A DNA stretch of 64,000 bases from Antedon mediterranea (taxonomy: Eukaryota > Animalia > Echinodermata). The DNA lies in contig NC_092678.1 in assembly GCF_964355755.1 (NCBI RefSeq), forward strand, positions 3,922,422 to 3,986,421. The letters are read 5' to 3'. Each line of letters begins with the position of its first letter. Position 1 is the first letter of the stretch. The notes under the pieces are model-generated. The model searched no databases. It had not been told where the DNA came from and saw nothing but the letters and a program-made list of their open reading frames with translations. The translations under genes were made by a program, and so were the position numbers. Positions 14,701 through 27,244 of this stretch are shown here, in pieces.

Positions 14701-17173
14701 TGAATCAGAAGAATGAACAAAACAATTGTTCCTGTAACTATCGTGGTTGATACTGAATGATCCCAATGGTAATAAGCTTTTTGGGATATCCTGGAAAATC
14801 ATAAATTATAAACGCATTTATTTGTAATGTCAGTAATTTATGTTATCACTTTGTATGCACTTTGTTTTCCTGCAGTAATAAATTCAAATCAAATCAACTT
14901 GTAACAATGTGGATTCACTTTGGTATGATACTCTAGCTGTTAGTATTGAAGCCTGGCTTTTTTGCACTCCTTCTCTTTCTAAATGCAGCAGATAAATGCA
15001 CTTGAACACCTTCTTAGTCCCACAAAACAAAGTGTGAACTACTGCACAGTGCGTTAGCATTATGTTGAGTTTCCAATGATGAAAATTCTTTGGTGATTCT
15101 TACACATCCATTCAAGTCCCATAGATGTCAAAGATATCTCCGTATAGTCATAGTATTTTTACCATCTGCTTTCATGAGGCTTTTTTTTAGATTCACTATA
15201 AACAAATTACTTATCTTATGCTAATTTTATTTTAAAAAATAGATTTTGCAATTTAACTACCGGTACTATATTATGTAAATGACTGTCATTTATCTTTTAT
15301 TTTGGATACATTTTTAAAAGGTATTAAATACTCATGAATATTAAACTTACTAATTTTGTATTTAAAGTCGGATAGGATAAAAAATGGGATTATATGTTTA
15401 ATTGAGCATTTGATTTAAAACAACCACAATCTCATAAGAGAAGATGATTTGTTACCTGGTAACACAAATTGGAACATTTTATATTATATTAAACTGTACA
15501 TATTTTATTATGTCCATATTGGGTACAAAAGTATAACATTTACTATTATCTGTATTATATGCATTTAGCTGTAATGCAAAGGATTTTATAAACATACTGT
15601 AAGAATATTTATATGAGAAAAAGATTCATTGCATGTGACAGGATTTGAACTCAGGAAACTGTTTTGTAGACAAGACCAAAATCATCACCTGTATGCCATC
15701 AATTGCAATACTTTGAAACAAATCTTGCTCATGGCATTGTTAAATCTTTTAAATACTTAAGCCTAAACCGTCATATTATGTAGGCCTATATGTCAAAGTC
15801 TAATTAATATTTAATGACATTAATCAATGCTAACAACAAAAGATCCTGTAGTATTTTAGAATTGGTGTTTTATTCAAGTATAATGACACTTAAAGCATCA
15901 GAAATAAAACGTCTTTGTCCTTTAAAAATAATTATGCAGATTAAAATATTCGATGGAAAGACAGAATTGTGGGGAATAAAATTTAAGGAGATGTAATCAA
16001 ACAAAAAGCATCAGAAATAATAACAAAAATTATTGATAAAACTATTCCATTTGTTGTATACAGTATTCACATATTGACATTCAAGAATTCCCCATCCCCC
16101 ATTATTGTTAGCATTCTGTCCAATGATTGGTCAGTTGGGTGGAACAGCTACAACACAATTATATTAATACATTACAACGAGGGTCAGGAACCTACTTACC
16201 TTGTTGTTTCGGTGTATAAAATGAAATACAGTAGTCAGATTCGGCAACAAAAAATAAAACGATTTAGCCTATTGCTAGTTTTTAACAACCAACATCTTTT
16301 AAACAGAAAGCGACATATCAAAAACGTGTGAAATACTACACCCGACTATTTGTTACTTACCACTGATGGGTACGTGTTTTTAGTAACGAATCTTAAATCA
16401 ACCAGAACAGGTCGTCGCTGCCAAATAACAAGAAAGATTTGGACCATCATTTTTTTTAAAAACACAGTTGTAGTTCAGAAACGTGTAAAATGACCCATAA
16501 AATATCTTACCTGCAAGTTCTTTTTATCATAAACCCTTTATCTTACTCAATCATTTAGAAAATTAGCAAACAAAAATAACAACAGACCTCACCTCGCTAT
16601 CTCCAAAATCCGTTATGAGATTACCTGATGAGTTATCGTTACGCTTCATTGATTCACTGCCGTCAATATTAGCATATAAAACACATCCGGTATTATATCA
16701 TAATGACGTCATGATGACTATTTAAATATTGGTTGATGATATCCGATTTAGACAGTGATAAAGCAAAAATATTTATTTATTTGTTTATATATTTTATCAG
16801 ATGCAATGTTTACTGAAAGTTTAATATTTATTTCAAAATATATTACACGCACTTTAATTATTGCAAATTAGTATAGGCCCAATATACTTAGTACAAATTA
16901 GTATAGGCAAAATACTGCACGGTATTGTCTAAAAAAAGTGGCCCTTAAGCCTAAAAAAACATGAAAAGCAAATATTAAGGTTGGAAAATTGGCCTGTGTA
17001 TTACAATATTTCTGAAAATGGTATGCAAAGCAAGATACTTATTTACCAACACTTATTGACTACTATATGATCATGCTTATTGCTATAAAAGTTGGCAACT
17101 TTAGCAAAAATGGTGAAATTAATGTTATGAATGTTTTCAACAAGTAACTTAATTTTAAACAATGAGGTGAAGA

Positions 17174-18410
17174 TCATACATGTTCTTCAGTCATTGAACT
17201 TATACTCAGTTCTGGAGGTTGGGTGCCATTGTCTTGACTTTTTCGCTTAAAACTTTGTGTGAACCATCTCAAATGTTTACTTAGCCGATTTCTCATAACA
17301 ATAGCGTACGAAGGAGGGGGAACGTCTGGTGTCGTAGGCCTACTGTTTTCCATTGATGCGATTGTCTGATTGACAATGATATCATGGTTGCTGCCCTCTG
17401 ATGGCATATCAGTTGCAGTTTGATAATCTGGAGGGGTTTCAATTGCAGCTATAGCGGTTGATCGGTTGTAAATTGATTCTTGTCGTCTGGTGGTTTCTAA
17501 AAATAAATTGATAGGCGTCATGTTTTATGTAAATGTGCTAAGATGACGACAATTTATATCTGAGGCACCACTATTTAGTATTAATGTTTTAAATAAAATA
17601 AGAAACCAACAATTCAAAACATTATGCCTAATATATTCGTTTAAACGATTTTCTGCAAGACTTTTATACAATATTTATATTATCGATGCACTTACCGACA
17701 GATTTTACCTTGATACAATATCCATTTTCTCTATATTTCTTAATTAGCTTGAAAACTAAGAAAACGATTATGAAGAATAAGACAACCATGATACTGAAAC
17801 TGACGCCCTCAAACAAAACTAAAAAAGAAACAATGATAATAACACTTGGCATCTGCAGCACCATTGATGCCTTCGACATCAGAATCATTATCAACTTATC
17901 AAGAGGCAACTGACTCTTTGAATTATAGTTATTGTTTTGCTTTAGTTGCCCCTGACCATTGTGCTTTGTTTCTGTTCTGTTCTGTATCTGCATTGGTCGA
18001 ATAAATACATGAAATGAAACTTGGTACACCATCATATAAACAACAATCTATCCTCATTAGCTGGTTATTCATAATAATCATTTCGGGCCTATGGCATCAC
18101 ACCCACGTCATCATTATCATCACTGGATAATAGCATCATCCTCGTTTGTAGTTTCATCTTTCGACAACATACTTACATACATGGCATATAATTGATTTTA
18201 AATAAAATACAACATGTAAACTGAAGAAAACGACCAATTAAACAAGAAAAGAAAACTCTTACGGCTACCATTATCCATTGTTGGAGCCTCTGTACTTGGC
18301 ATTGTGTGTGGTTTGTGCATGACAATTATTCTGCTGTCGAGTGAAATTATAAAACTTGAATCTGAGGAGGAAACAGTGATAAGCACGTTTGTAAAAGCTG
18401 ATGAAGCCAT
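17174..18410 (-). CDS. TM-PPxY membrane protein, paralog B (EGF exon decayed)
   Basis: Exons ~18410/18361-18263 (Ser/Thr stalk ...MPSTEAPTMDNGS, donor GTAAGA), 17818-17696 (TM FSIMVVLFFIIVFLVF...KVKSV) and 17496-17174 (tail with PPDY and PPPSYAIVMRNRLS). Introns are phase 1 and in frame. Start codon uncertain. Confidence 0.7.
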
Positions 18411-18473
18411 CACCAATTAATATTTCGGGACTACACTTTATCAACCACTAATACTAAACTTTCTCTCTCTTAC

Positions 18474-18594
18474 TGTAGATCTGGTACTGGTACTGGTACT
18501 GGTACTGGTTCAAATAACCGTCTCACAGAGACATCTGGTAGCCATTGACTTGAAGTTGGCATTTGGATGTGTTACTTTTAAATGTAGGCCTACA
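18474..18594 (-). pseudogene. Decayed EGF exon of paralog B
   Basis: Reads CRPTFKSNTSKCQLQVNGYQ, then CLC in the +1 frame, then DGY back in frame. It contains an in-frame TGA, a (CCAGTA)n microsatellite replaces the last Cys, and it ends in a phase-1 donor A|GTAAGA like the EGF exons of the other paralogs. Confidence 0.5.
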
Positions 18595-19724
18595 GTATGA
18601 GAGTGACTACTACCAAATTACACAGTCACAAAACAACTTATAAAACAGTTCATATATACAGTTAAAACATTGCTGGGAATCATAAATTTCTGTTGAAGCA
18701 GGCTCTAATGAAGTTGCATCTAGTAAGTTGACTTTGTTGTACAACTCTATCAAGTACTGATGGTATCTTCCGACCTCTTCGTTTACTTTGTGTTGTGTGA
18801 AAAGTAAGAATTTTTGTAGGATCTTCATTTTCTTTTCTAATTACATGTCCGATCCAGTTGAATTGTTGCTTGTAGACATATTCTTCTAGCGGTTGACAGC
18901 CAGTAATACCTTTTTTAATAGTATAATTAGTATATTTGGTTATTTTTAGTAGAAAACTTACCTATTTCTCACCAACTGTCATAAACTAGATGATACACAT
19001 TTTAGCATTAACACTGATTTCTCCCAGTATCCTATATGTCACGTTTTTATCTAGCGTACTTATTTATATATTTTGAAGAACGTAGGCATATGCCTATATA
19101 AGTACCGGTACCACTCTCTGTGTACCACCGTGATTACACTTGTAATAACAAAATCCAATATAAAACTGCATTCTTCACGCGCTCATAAACTCTATGAATT
19201 GAGTTATTGGTATAGCCTTTTCCAAAAAAAATTGTTTGAGGAAAGAACAGTTTGTAGTTACACGGCAGAACAATCACATTAGCATATTCCATCACTGAAC
19301 AATCATACGTGTTTCTTTTTCTGTTATTGTATTCTATTATTGTGGTATAAAACTCAGAAAACACGCCGATCAAACGGAATGAGGATAATGAAGTCACTGA
19401 CATGTAACTATGACGCGTAGGCCTATATTATATACAAAGTATTATGCTATATACCACATAATTACTCATGAATCGTTTTACTTAATTTAGAATACTCTTT
19501 TATTATAATTTGATCGAGCATAATTTAAACGGCACCAACTAACTTCTTTGTACCCAATGACAGCACAAACTTGAAATGCATTTATTATTCAGAAATACAG
19601 CAATATATAAAAAAAAACAAATTACGTAAGAATTAGAAAATAATTGGTCAGATGTTTTGCCCTACTCTGACGTAATTTGTACTTTATACTAAGTACATAC
19701 GTGCGAAAAAATACGCAAGTAATT

Positions 19725-19768
19725 CTCGGGTGGGACTCGAACCCACGACCTCCAGATCACTAGCCTGG
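19725..19768 (-). mobile_element. tRNA-derived (SINE-like) fragment, 3' half only
   Basis: Minus strand GGAGGTCGTGGGTTCGAGTCCCACCCGAG has a Pol III B-box/T-arm; no D-arm or acceptor 5' strand. Confidence 0.55.
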
Positions 19769-20125
19769 AAATATATACATTCTTGTCATACAAATTAGAA
19801 ATGTCAATAAATAAGTTTATTGGACTTGTGCAGGATCACAAAATGATCTTTATATACATTATAAATTAAATTGAGAATTATATACAAAATACATAACATT
19901 TGCGATTAGAGGAAGAAATCAATTTTAATAATAGTTTAGTAGCACCATTTGGCTAACATCACAATCAAAGAGTTTTTCTTCTATAGGATTATAATCATTT
20001 AATGTATCATCATTTAATGGTTTAAATAATCAATATTTACACTCCGTTGTCATTTAAACAATTGCTATGCCATTTAATGTGGTATCCTATAAGAAACTCT
20101 TGAATGTTGCTTGCCTTCTCCAACG

Positions 20126-21414
20126 TTAGTTTTCACACTCCATTGTCACTTGTACAACTTTTCCAGGAATGCTGATGGCTCTATTAGGCCCTCGGACCTT
20201 TTTATTTTTAGGTTGCTGCTGAGTTGTTGACCAAGGGGTTTCGTTTTTGGTCATCATTGATTGTGACGGTACACTACTGCACCTGCGTAAATCCTGCCTG
20301 GACGAGCCTTCTGCAGCTTCCGTAACTCTAGGACGCCTACTGACTAACACTCTCTCTAGAATTTTGGAAGCAAACGACAGCGTTGTTTTTAAATTCGTAT
20401 TTTTTTTAGTTTTACTATTTTTCCCTGAGTTTCTTGAGCGGTTTGCGTTTTCATCACCAGCATCGTCTGTATTCTGGGAGGAGTTTGTGCTACTTTCTTC
20501 TGGTTCGTAGCCAACCGCTTCTTGATAGTCTGGTGGGCTCTCAACACTCGCTAAAGCATATGTTCTATCTCTTCTCGATAAAGTAGGACCTTTATGGAAA
20601 AACAACATAAGATAAAATATAAACATTATTTATTACTTGTTAGGCCTACATTGTAAATGAAAAAAAATAATCACCAGAATGGTAGTAGTAATATAGTATA
20701 GTAATATTTAAAAAAAATGTATTTTCAGTAACCGTTGATGGTTACGATGCCAATAAAATTAAGACAATAAGGAAAATTGAGACTATTTAGCCCAAGAAGT
20801 CTCATCACTGCGTATACTGAAAGTGTTCTCTTCTTGCATGTTAAATTGAGACACCCATAGCAATAGTCATCAGTGTAGGTACACAGCAAAATAAGACAAT
20901 GTTTTATTTTGTATTGTGGCGTCATTAACGAAAGTACTTCCCCTTTTTTCAAGAACTAATAGAAAACTTACGCCTTCGAACACTGTGTACACGAATAGTA
21001 GTAGCAGTTGGTGTATGTGAATCTTGTAACTTTTGGTAGAGTATAAATAAAAATATACAAAGAAGGCAGACAAACAAAGCGGCACAAAAGCTACCAACCA
21101 CAATGTATTGAGTCCCTGAAAAACAAACAGAAAATTAAGATTAAATTATGATTTTAAGACCTCAGTAGAAATCATGCAGTCCTAAAAACCACGAATCAGC
21201 TAACGTTGTTAGATGTATAGATAAGAACGATAAAAATAATGATTTAAAAAAAATAGTGTTAAGCGAAATGCAGATGATAACTGATAATGGTATTAAACTT
21301 ACCTAAATCTAGTTGACATATTTCGCCTTTGAAGCCAAATGGACATTTGCAAGTCTTGTCAATATGCATATAGGTGCCTCCATTATGGCACACTTGTTGG
21401 GGAGTTGGTATCAT
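20126..21414 (-). CDS. EGF-TM-PPxY membrane protein, paralog C (4-Cys EGF, one PY motif)
   Basis: Exons 21414-21303 (MIPTPQQVCHNGGTYMHIDKTCKCPFGFKGEICQLDL), 21115-20972 (TM YIVVGSFCAALFVCLLCIFLFILY...RVHSVRR, a different frame from the ORF track) and 20589-20126 (PPDY tail). All phase 1 and in frame. Confidence 0.85.
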
Positions 21415-23153
21415 TGTAGCACTTTTAAATCTGTAAAGGTTCAAAATCGTTTTAGCAGCAGGCGAAATTGTTGATAACGACTGAAAAAACTAGGCCTACA
21501 GGAATTTTAACAATCACAAATGCTGATGATAAACGTCACATGCCATACGAAACTCCTTTAGGATATATCTATTTTGGGCTAACTCCGGGAAGTTGAACAA
21601 CACATAATACAGGCATTTAGGTTTACAGGAACTTACAAATGTTACACAAATCGTGACAAAGGAGTAAGGTGGACGATCAATCCTGGTTCATGTGGGTTGT
21701 CTGCACTTTCCTAAACCACACAAAATGTAACAGAGGCCTACAGCATAAGGTATACCAGTGACATAATACTTATGTTAGTCATTTCGAAAACAATGATTTG
21801 TCATTACCTTTGTAGAGTTTGAAGGACAAACTTTAAACTAACATAAACTAAACTGGTATAAAACATAAAAAGAAAAGATAAAAACCTACATTTTCAAAAT
21901 AAACTATGAAGTGCGTCTGTTCTAAAAATAAAATCTATTCCAGACAGATTGAAATGGTAGGTAGACTCTCCCATCATTCCAAAGAAATTGGTAAAATATG
22001 TAGTATAGGAGCCCTAACATGCTATAGCCCTATTGCGTTAGTCGTATCTTAAAATAATATTGTCATCTTATGCTACATTTTTTTCGATCGATAAATAGGC
22101 CTATGCTATACCAACGAAAAAATATTGACTGAAAAAACAATCAAAGAAAGAAAACAAAAAACATACGGAGCAACAACCTACAAAGTTATCAGGGAAAATG
22201 GTAATATATATTAGTCCTAGGCCTTACCTTACCTGTTTGTTTGTTTAAACTTTTCTTCGGGAGCTAGGCTCTGACGACTACTTTCATCGAACACGAGTAC
22301 ACCGTTTCAATCGAAAAAAAAAATTCCTTAAAATAAATACCACTGAAAATTGTCAATAGAAGAATGGCAGGTATTGTTCAGAGTACAGATTTGAATACAC
22401 GTGAGCGACGTCACGGATCCTTGTTTAATTTTAACCAAAATCGTTCTGTTTTTTACGAGTGAATTAAAAGAAATATAAATAGAGAGGACGTCCTTTGTCT
22501 GAATCACCGAGCCAAACAAAATATATAGTGTGTATATAAGTATTGTATTATACCAATAAAGCCACAGTTTGTATTTAATAAGGTTTCTGGAAACAATAAA
22601 GGAACTTTACCCAACTGGTATTGGCCTCTAATGTTGTACTCTTTACATTAATCAATAGTCTATAGAAACCGGTTAGTTTTAACAGATGAATTGAGATTGA
22701 CGACCAGAGTAGCACAAATAGTTTATATAATTTAATCACTTTTTAAATGCTTTGTTAACCAAGGACGGGGGAAATTATCCATGTTCCTGAAGGGAGTTGA
22801 AAACGTTCGTTTTGGTAATTCCGAATAGGAGATGAGAATCCAAATATTGACATCGCGAAGGTTAATATGATTTTAGGCCTATACTATTTATAACTTTGTT
22901 TCGGCGTCAACAATATAAAACACCGGTGCATCGAAACAAGTACCAGTTACCTGTGTATGCGCTTAATAAATGAAATAATGATTTAATTTTAAAGAAAAAA
23001 TAAACCTCTTCATATCTTATAAGTGAGTTGATTGCACATTTCGCATGATTTCATTTCTAAAAGCTAAATTGATTATAAAATCTTGTACAAAATGGAAATT
23101 ATCTATTTACAATAATCTATTTTCAAGGTTATTACTTAGCAAGTCTCTCTATT

Positions 23154-24221
23154 TCATTCAGAGTCACGTGTGTTAAAAGATGCATCGCCTGTTTCATCAG
23201 CAGCAGACGGTTGCTTGTGGCTAGCTCTGTTTTTGTGCACTAGCGAGTAGGATGGGGGTATCGCTTGAGGTATGCTATGGTCTTCTTCTGAATTAAATTG
23301 TTCCTCTGATTCCTGAACCTTGGAGACATTTGAACGTTCTTCCAGATTCTCATTAATTGACTCTTCGGTTAACATTGGATTAACATGAGTTGATGGCTCG
23401 CTGTTTTTTGTAGCTTCCGGGACTTCCACAGATGTGGTATCATCGAATTGATCGTCGGTGTTTGTTCTTGTTACGTCATCGTAGTTTGGTGGGACGTCAT
23501 CGTTTGCTTTATCAATCTTAATGCTAGTATTGACGGAATCTTTGAAATAAATAGAAACTTCATAAGAAAAAGGACATTTCTAGCTGACATAGGACATTTT
23601 AACGTAAAAAAACAAAGTTTACTTACGAACACTAATTATTCTTTGAATGATTCTATTCTGTCTAGGTTGCGTTTGTTGCCGTTCTCCTTTAAAGTATCTG
23701 TATGAATATATAATAATTGTCAACAGAAGGCCCGTCGCAAGCAGTACGGCAATGGTGATGTATGTTGTTCTGTCAGCAGCTGCAATAAAGGCATACTACT
23801 ATTATAATATCTTACCTGGCACAAGTATAATATATGTTATCCAATTGTGTTAAGATTCATTTGGAGCACTCTCGTTTTATAGTTGTTGGTTTCAGCTTAA
23901 CTTTAAAAGTTGACAACAACTTATATCCATAATCCATAATAAGAAGAGTAGGCCTAGTCACAATAAAAAAAAGTATCCGGATCTATACACCGGATTAGAT
24001 CGGTATGCAAGTTCGTTTGCATTGAAGAAAGATTTAGGCAAAAAATACTTTTAATTGAAAAAAAAACACCAAAATAACAGATAAAAACGCAACATATGCA
24101 TACTATTAATTTCACATGAATCTCCGGTGTATGGATTTGGACACGCACACACCGGACCGTCACGTGACTGTAAACACGACCCTCCGTTCACACACTCCGG
24201 ATTGCATGGTGGTCGGCTCAT
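23154..24221 (-). CDS. EGF-TM-PPxY membrane protein, paralog D
   Basis: Exons 24221-24104 (MSRPPCNPECVNGGSCLQSRDGPVCACPNPYTGDSCEIN), 23779-23627 (TM YITIAVLLATGLLLTIIIYSY...RIISV) and 23539-23154 (PPNYDDV, PPSYSLVHKNRAS). All phase 1 and in frame. Confidence 0.9.
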
Positions 24222-25819
24222 TTCCTTAACCCACAGCCTTGCTTGCTGAAAGGCAATGTATAAACGGAGTTAAACAAGAAACTTTGGAGGAAGTATTTCA
24301 CCTTTAACCTTTTCGTTCGTCTGGGTGCACTTTTGTGATCTCAATATTTGAGAAACCCATTCCATATCCTGTTGAAATAACGGAACAAGGAGAAAAACAA
24401 AATTAGGCCTATATTCTCCAGCACGAAATTAAAATATGCCTGTCCTTAAGTACGCTTTGTAAAGAAGAAAATGGAAATTCCTAATAAATAATACATATGA
24501 AGATTATTAAACAGGAAAGTGCATTATAGCTTTCCTTACTTCAATAGAAACTGCTATATACAAGGAAATTGAATATTAAATTAATTGAATAGAAAATTTA
24601 CCAAAACAATTACATAATCATAACAAAATCACTGAAAACAATGTAGGTATATAACATACATATATAACATAAACTAAATTCCACAGAGGAATTAAACGAT
24701 TATATTCCAATTCTTCAATAGATAATAGAAACCTTATTTTATACAAACAAAAGTGGTGAGTGAACTATAATAATACGGTACGTTTCTATACAATAACTAT
24801 TGTTACGTACAAGGTTGCGATCGTTCCAAACCGTGAAATAAAGGTGTAATTATACAGCTCTATATAATATTTGATTATTTCCTCCTAATGCCAATACTAG
24901 ACAACACTTACCTTTGACGATTTTGTATGGTTTCACTTTAATATAGGCCTAATGCCGGTAGCTCCACTCCAACACTTCCTGCTCGCACAATGTGTAAGCA
25001 AAATATTAATAGCGAGACGTGACTGTAACCGATTTAACTGTACTTGAAATTGAACAATACCACGATATTTGACTTTGACTTTAAAAAACCATATGCACTT
25101 CTAAGGTTGGTATAAAAAGCATTTTAAGCAGCATAGAATAATGATCGTATAATAACGTGTAAACTGGTATGAGACCTATGTTAAATTGGAGACACGTCAA
25201 ACTGGAGAAACATACTCGTACTAGCCTGCGTACTCTCTGACTTCAATTACAATAAAAGCTCTGAAATATTTCTATTCACTTCAATGATCCGTTATTGTTG
25301 ATTTCCCGTAATCTCCACAAGATTATAAACTCACGTCATTTGTATATATTTACACTTATTATCAACTCATTGACTATAAAATATTCTTTTAATATTATCT
25401 TTAGAACGTTGTTAACGCCCAAATAAAACACGACAGTTTTTCATTATTAAATGAATTTGAATATACTTCTCATTATTTTAAACAATGTTACTTACCGTAT
25501 GCGTATTAGGATCTAATATTTTTGTTTCCCCATAGAATCATCTATGATTGATTGTCACTAACATGATATTCATTAAATAATAAGGTGGTACAATAACTCA
25601 TTAAACATACAATTCTTAGTCTTCTTTGCTGGAGCACGATGACCTACCGTGGGTATTAAAAATCTGATTACTTTTCAATTTGACTTTGGTGAGATATTAA
25701 CATAAAAAGAACTAATCACAGTTGAATATCGTTTTATAAACAGCATTTCTCAAATAATTTGTAAATTAGAAGTGATACTGTTTCAATAATGTGATTCACA
25801 GTTCAATAACGACTTGTTT

Positions 25820-27244
25820 TTATATGTCACTTTCAGTATCATTAGCATTTGCTTCTTCGCTTTCTGCATGTTCTTGTAATATACGTTTGCTTGCTCTATT
25901 TTCGTGAACCTCTGTATAGTCCGGAGGAGGCTCACTTTTATCTAGTTCATCAGATCTTCGATTTTGTTTATCAGCATCAGTTCTGTTCTCACTTGTAGCT
26001 GCTCCTGAAACTTCATTGTTGCCACTTTCAGTGGTTTTCACTGCTTCTTCTCTAACGTGAGAAACCGACAATTCTTCTATCTGACCAGTCCTGCTAACTT
26101 CAATCTCAGACTCGCCATCGTTAAAGTGATTTGCAGCCGTATCGTCTGCTGTGCGTTCTGACGAAATTGCGTCTTCTATCTCATTCACGTCTGTTTCAAC
26201 CTGACCCTCTGCAACCGATACGTCATCATAAGCAGGCGGTAAATCATTTTTAGATCGATCAATCTTTGTCGTTCTTCTTTTTGCTCCTAAAAGGACAAAA
26301 AAACAATGTTTATTAATATAGTTATGTGACAGTGCTCTACATTACCTCCATTAGTGATAACCACGTATTGCAGCAACAATATGAACACACATCATTTACG
26401 ATGTGGATACCTTCCAATTGAGATTGTTTCATCGATAACCAGTAGGCCTACCAGCAGATTATTAATATTATTCACGAGTCGGCACAAAGTATACCAGTGA
26501 CTGATAATTATTAATTGAAGGTTTCAAACACTGCAGTAAATAAATTAATTTCAGTGGAACAGATTAATTGTAGGATGGTTCTCACCATTTCAATAGAGAT
26601 AAAGTAGGCCTAGGGTAAGATCTAAGAGATACCTACTGACACTAATAATCCGGTTGATTATTAGAGGCCTATCTTGTTCTTCTCGGTAGCGTTGACAATA
26701 TGCAACAAGTAAACAGGCTGCAATTGCTAGTAACGTTGCAATTGCAATTAATACAAACGTTACCGTCATTGCAACTGAAAGTTAAAAAACAAACAATTGT
26801 TATAAAACATTTAGATACATAGAATATATACACACCTCCTAAAAACTGGCATGTTGTTAGTATTTTAAGATTTCAAGCTTAGGCCGAATTATAATTCAAT
26901 TTTCTGATATTGATAATTATTAGATAATACAAAGGTCTGTTGATTTAAAGGGAACCTTTTAAACAAGGCAAGCCTGGCTGTTTTTTAAACAAATATCCTA
27001 GATTTATAAACTATATTCTCGTACGGTACGGTATCATGTCTGGGGACAATAAAGAGTCCCGCTGTTTCTTGAGAAATGACACAGTACGCGAATCAGCTGA
27101 AATATATCATTTATTGTAAAATCTATATATACCATCTCTTTCACATCTGTCTCCATAGAACATACTAGTGCAAACACAAATATTTTCTGTAACTTGACAT
27201 GTTCCACCATTCAGACAAGTCGGCCGGCAAAGTCTTCCACTCAT
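25820..27244 (-). CDS. EGF-TM-PPxY membrane protein, paralog E
   Basis: Exons 27244-27133 (MSGRLCRPTCLNGGTCQVTENICVCTSMFYGDRCERD), 26774-26637 (TM VTFVLIAIATLLAIAACLLVAYC...RIISV) and 26286-25820 (LPPAYDDV, PPPDYTEVHENRAS). All phase 1 and in frame. Confidence 0.9.

Noticed and set aside
15636-15700. Degenerate tRNA/SINE head on the minus strand
   Set aside because: A- and B-box resemblance only, no foldable cloverleaf; too weak to call.
19725-19768. Functional tRNA gene
   Set aside because: Only the anticodon/T-arm half is present; treated as a SINE-like fragment.
20870-21103. ORF-track hydrophobic peptide MWLVAFVPLC...
   Set aside because: Wrong frame. The phase-1 splice sites select the overlapping frame YIVVGSFCAALF..., which joins the EGF and PY exons.
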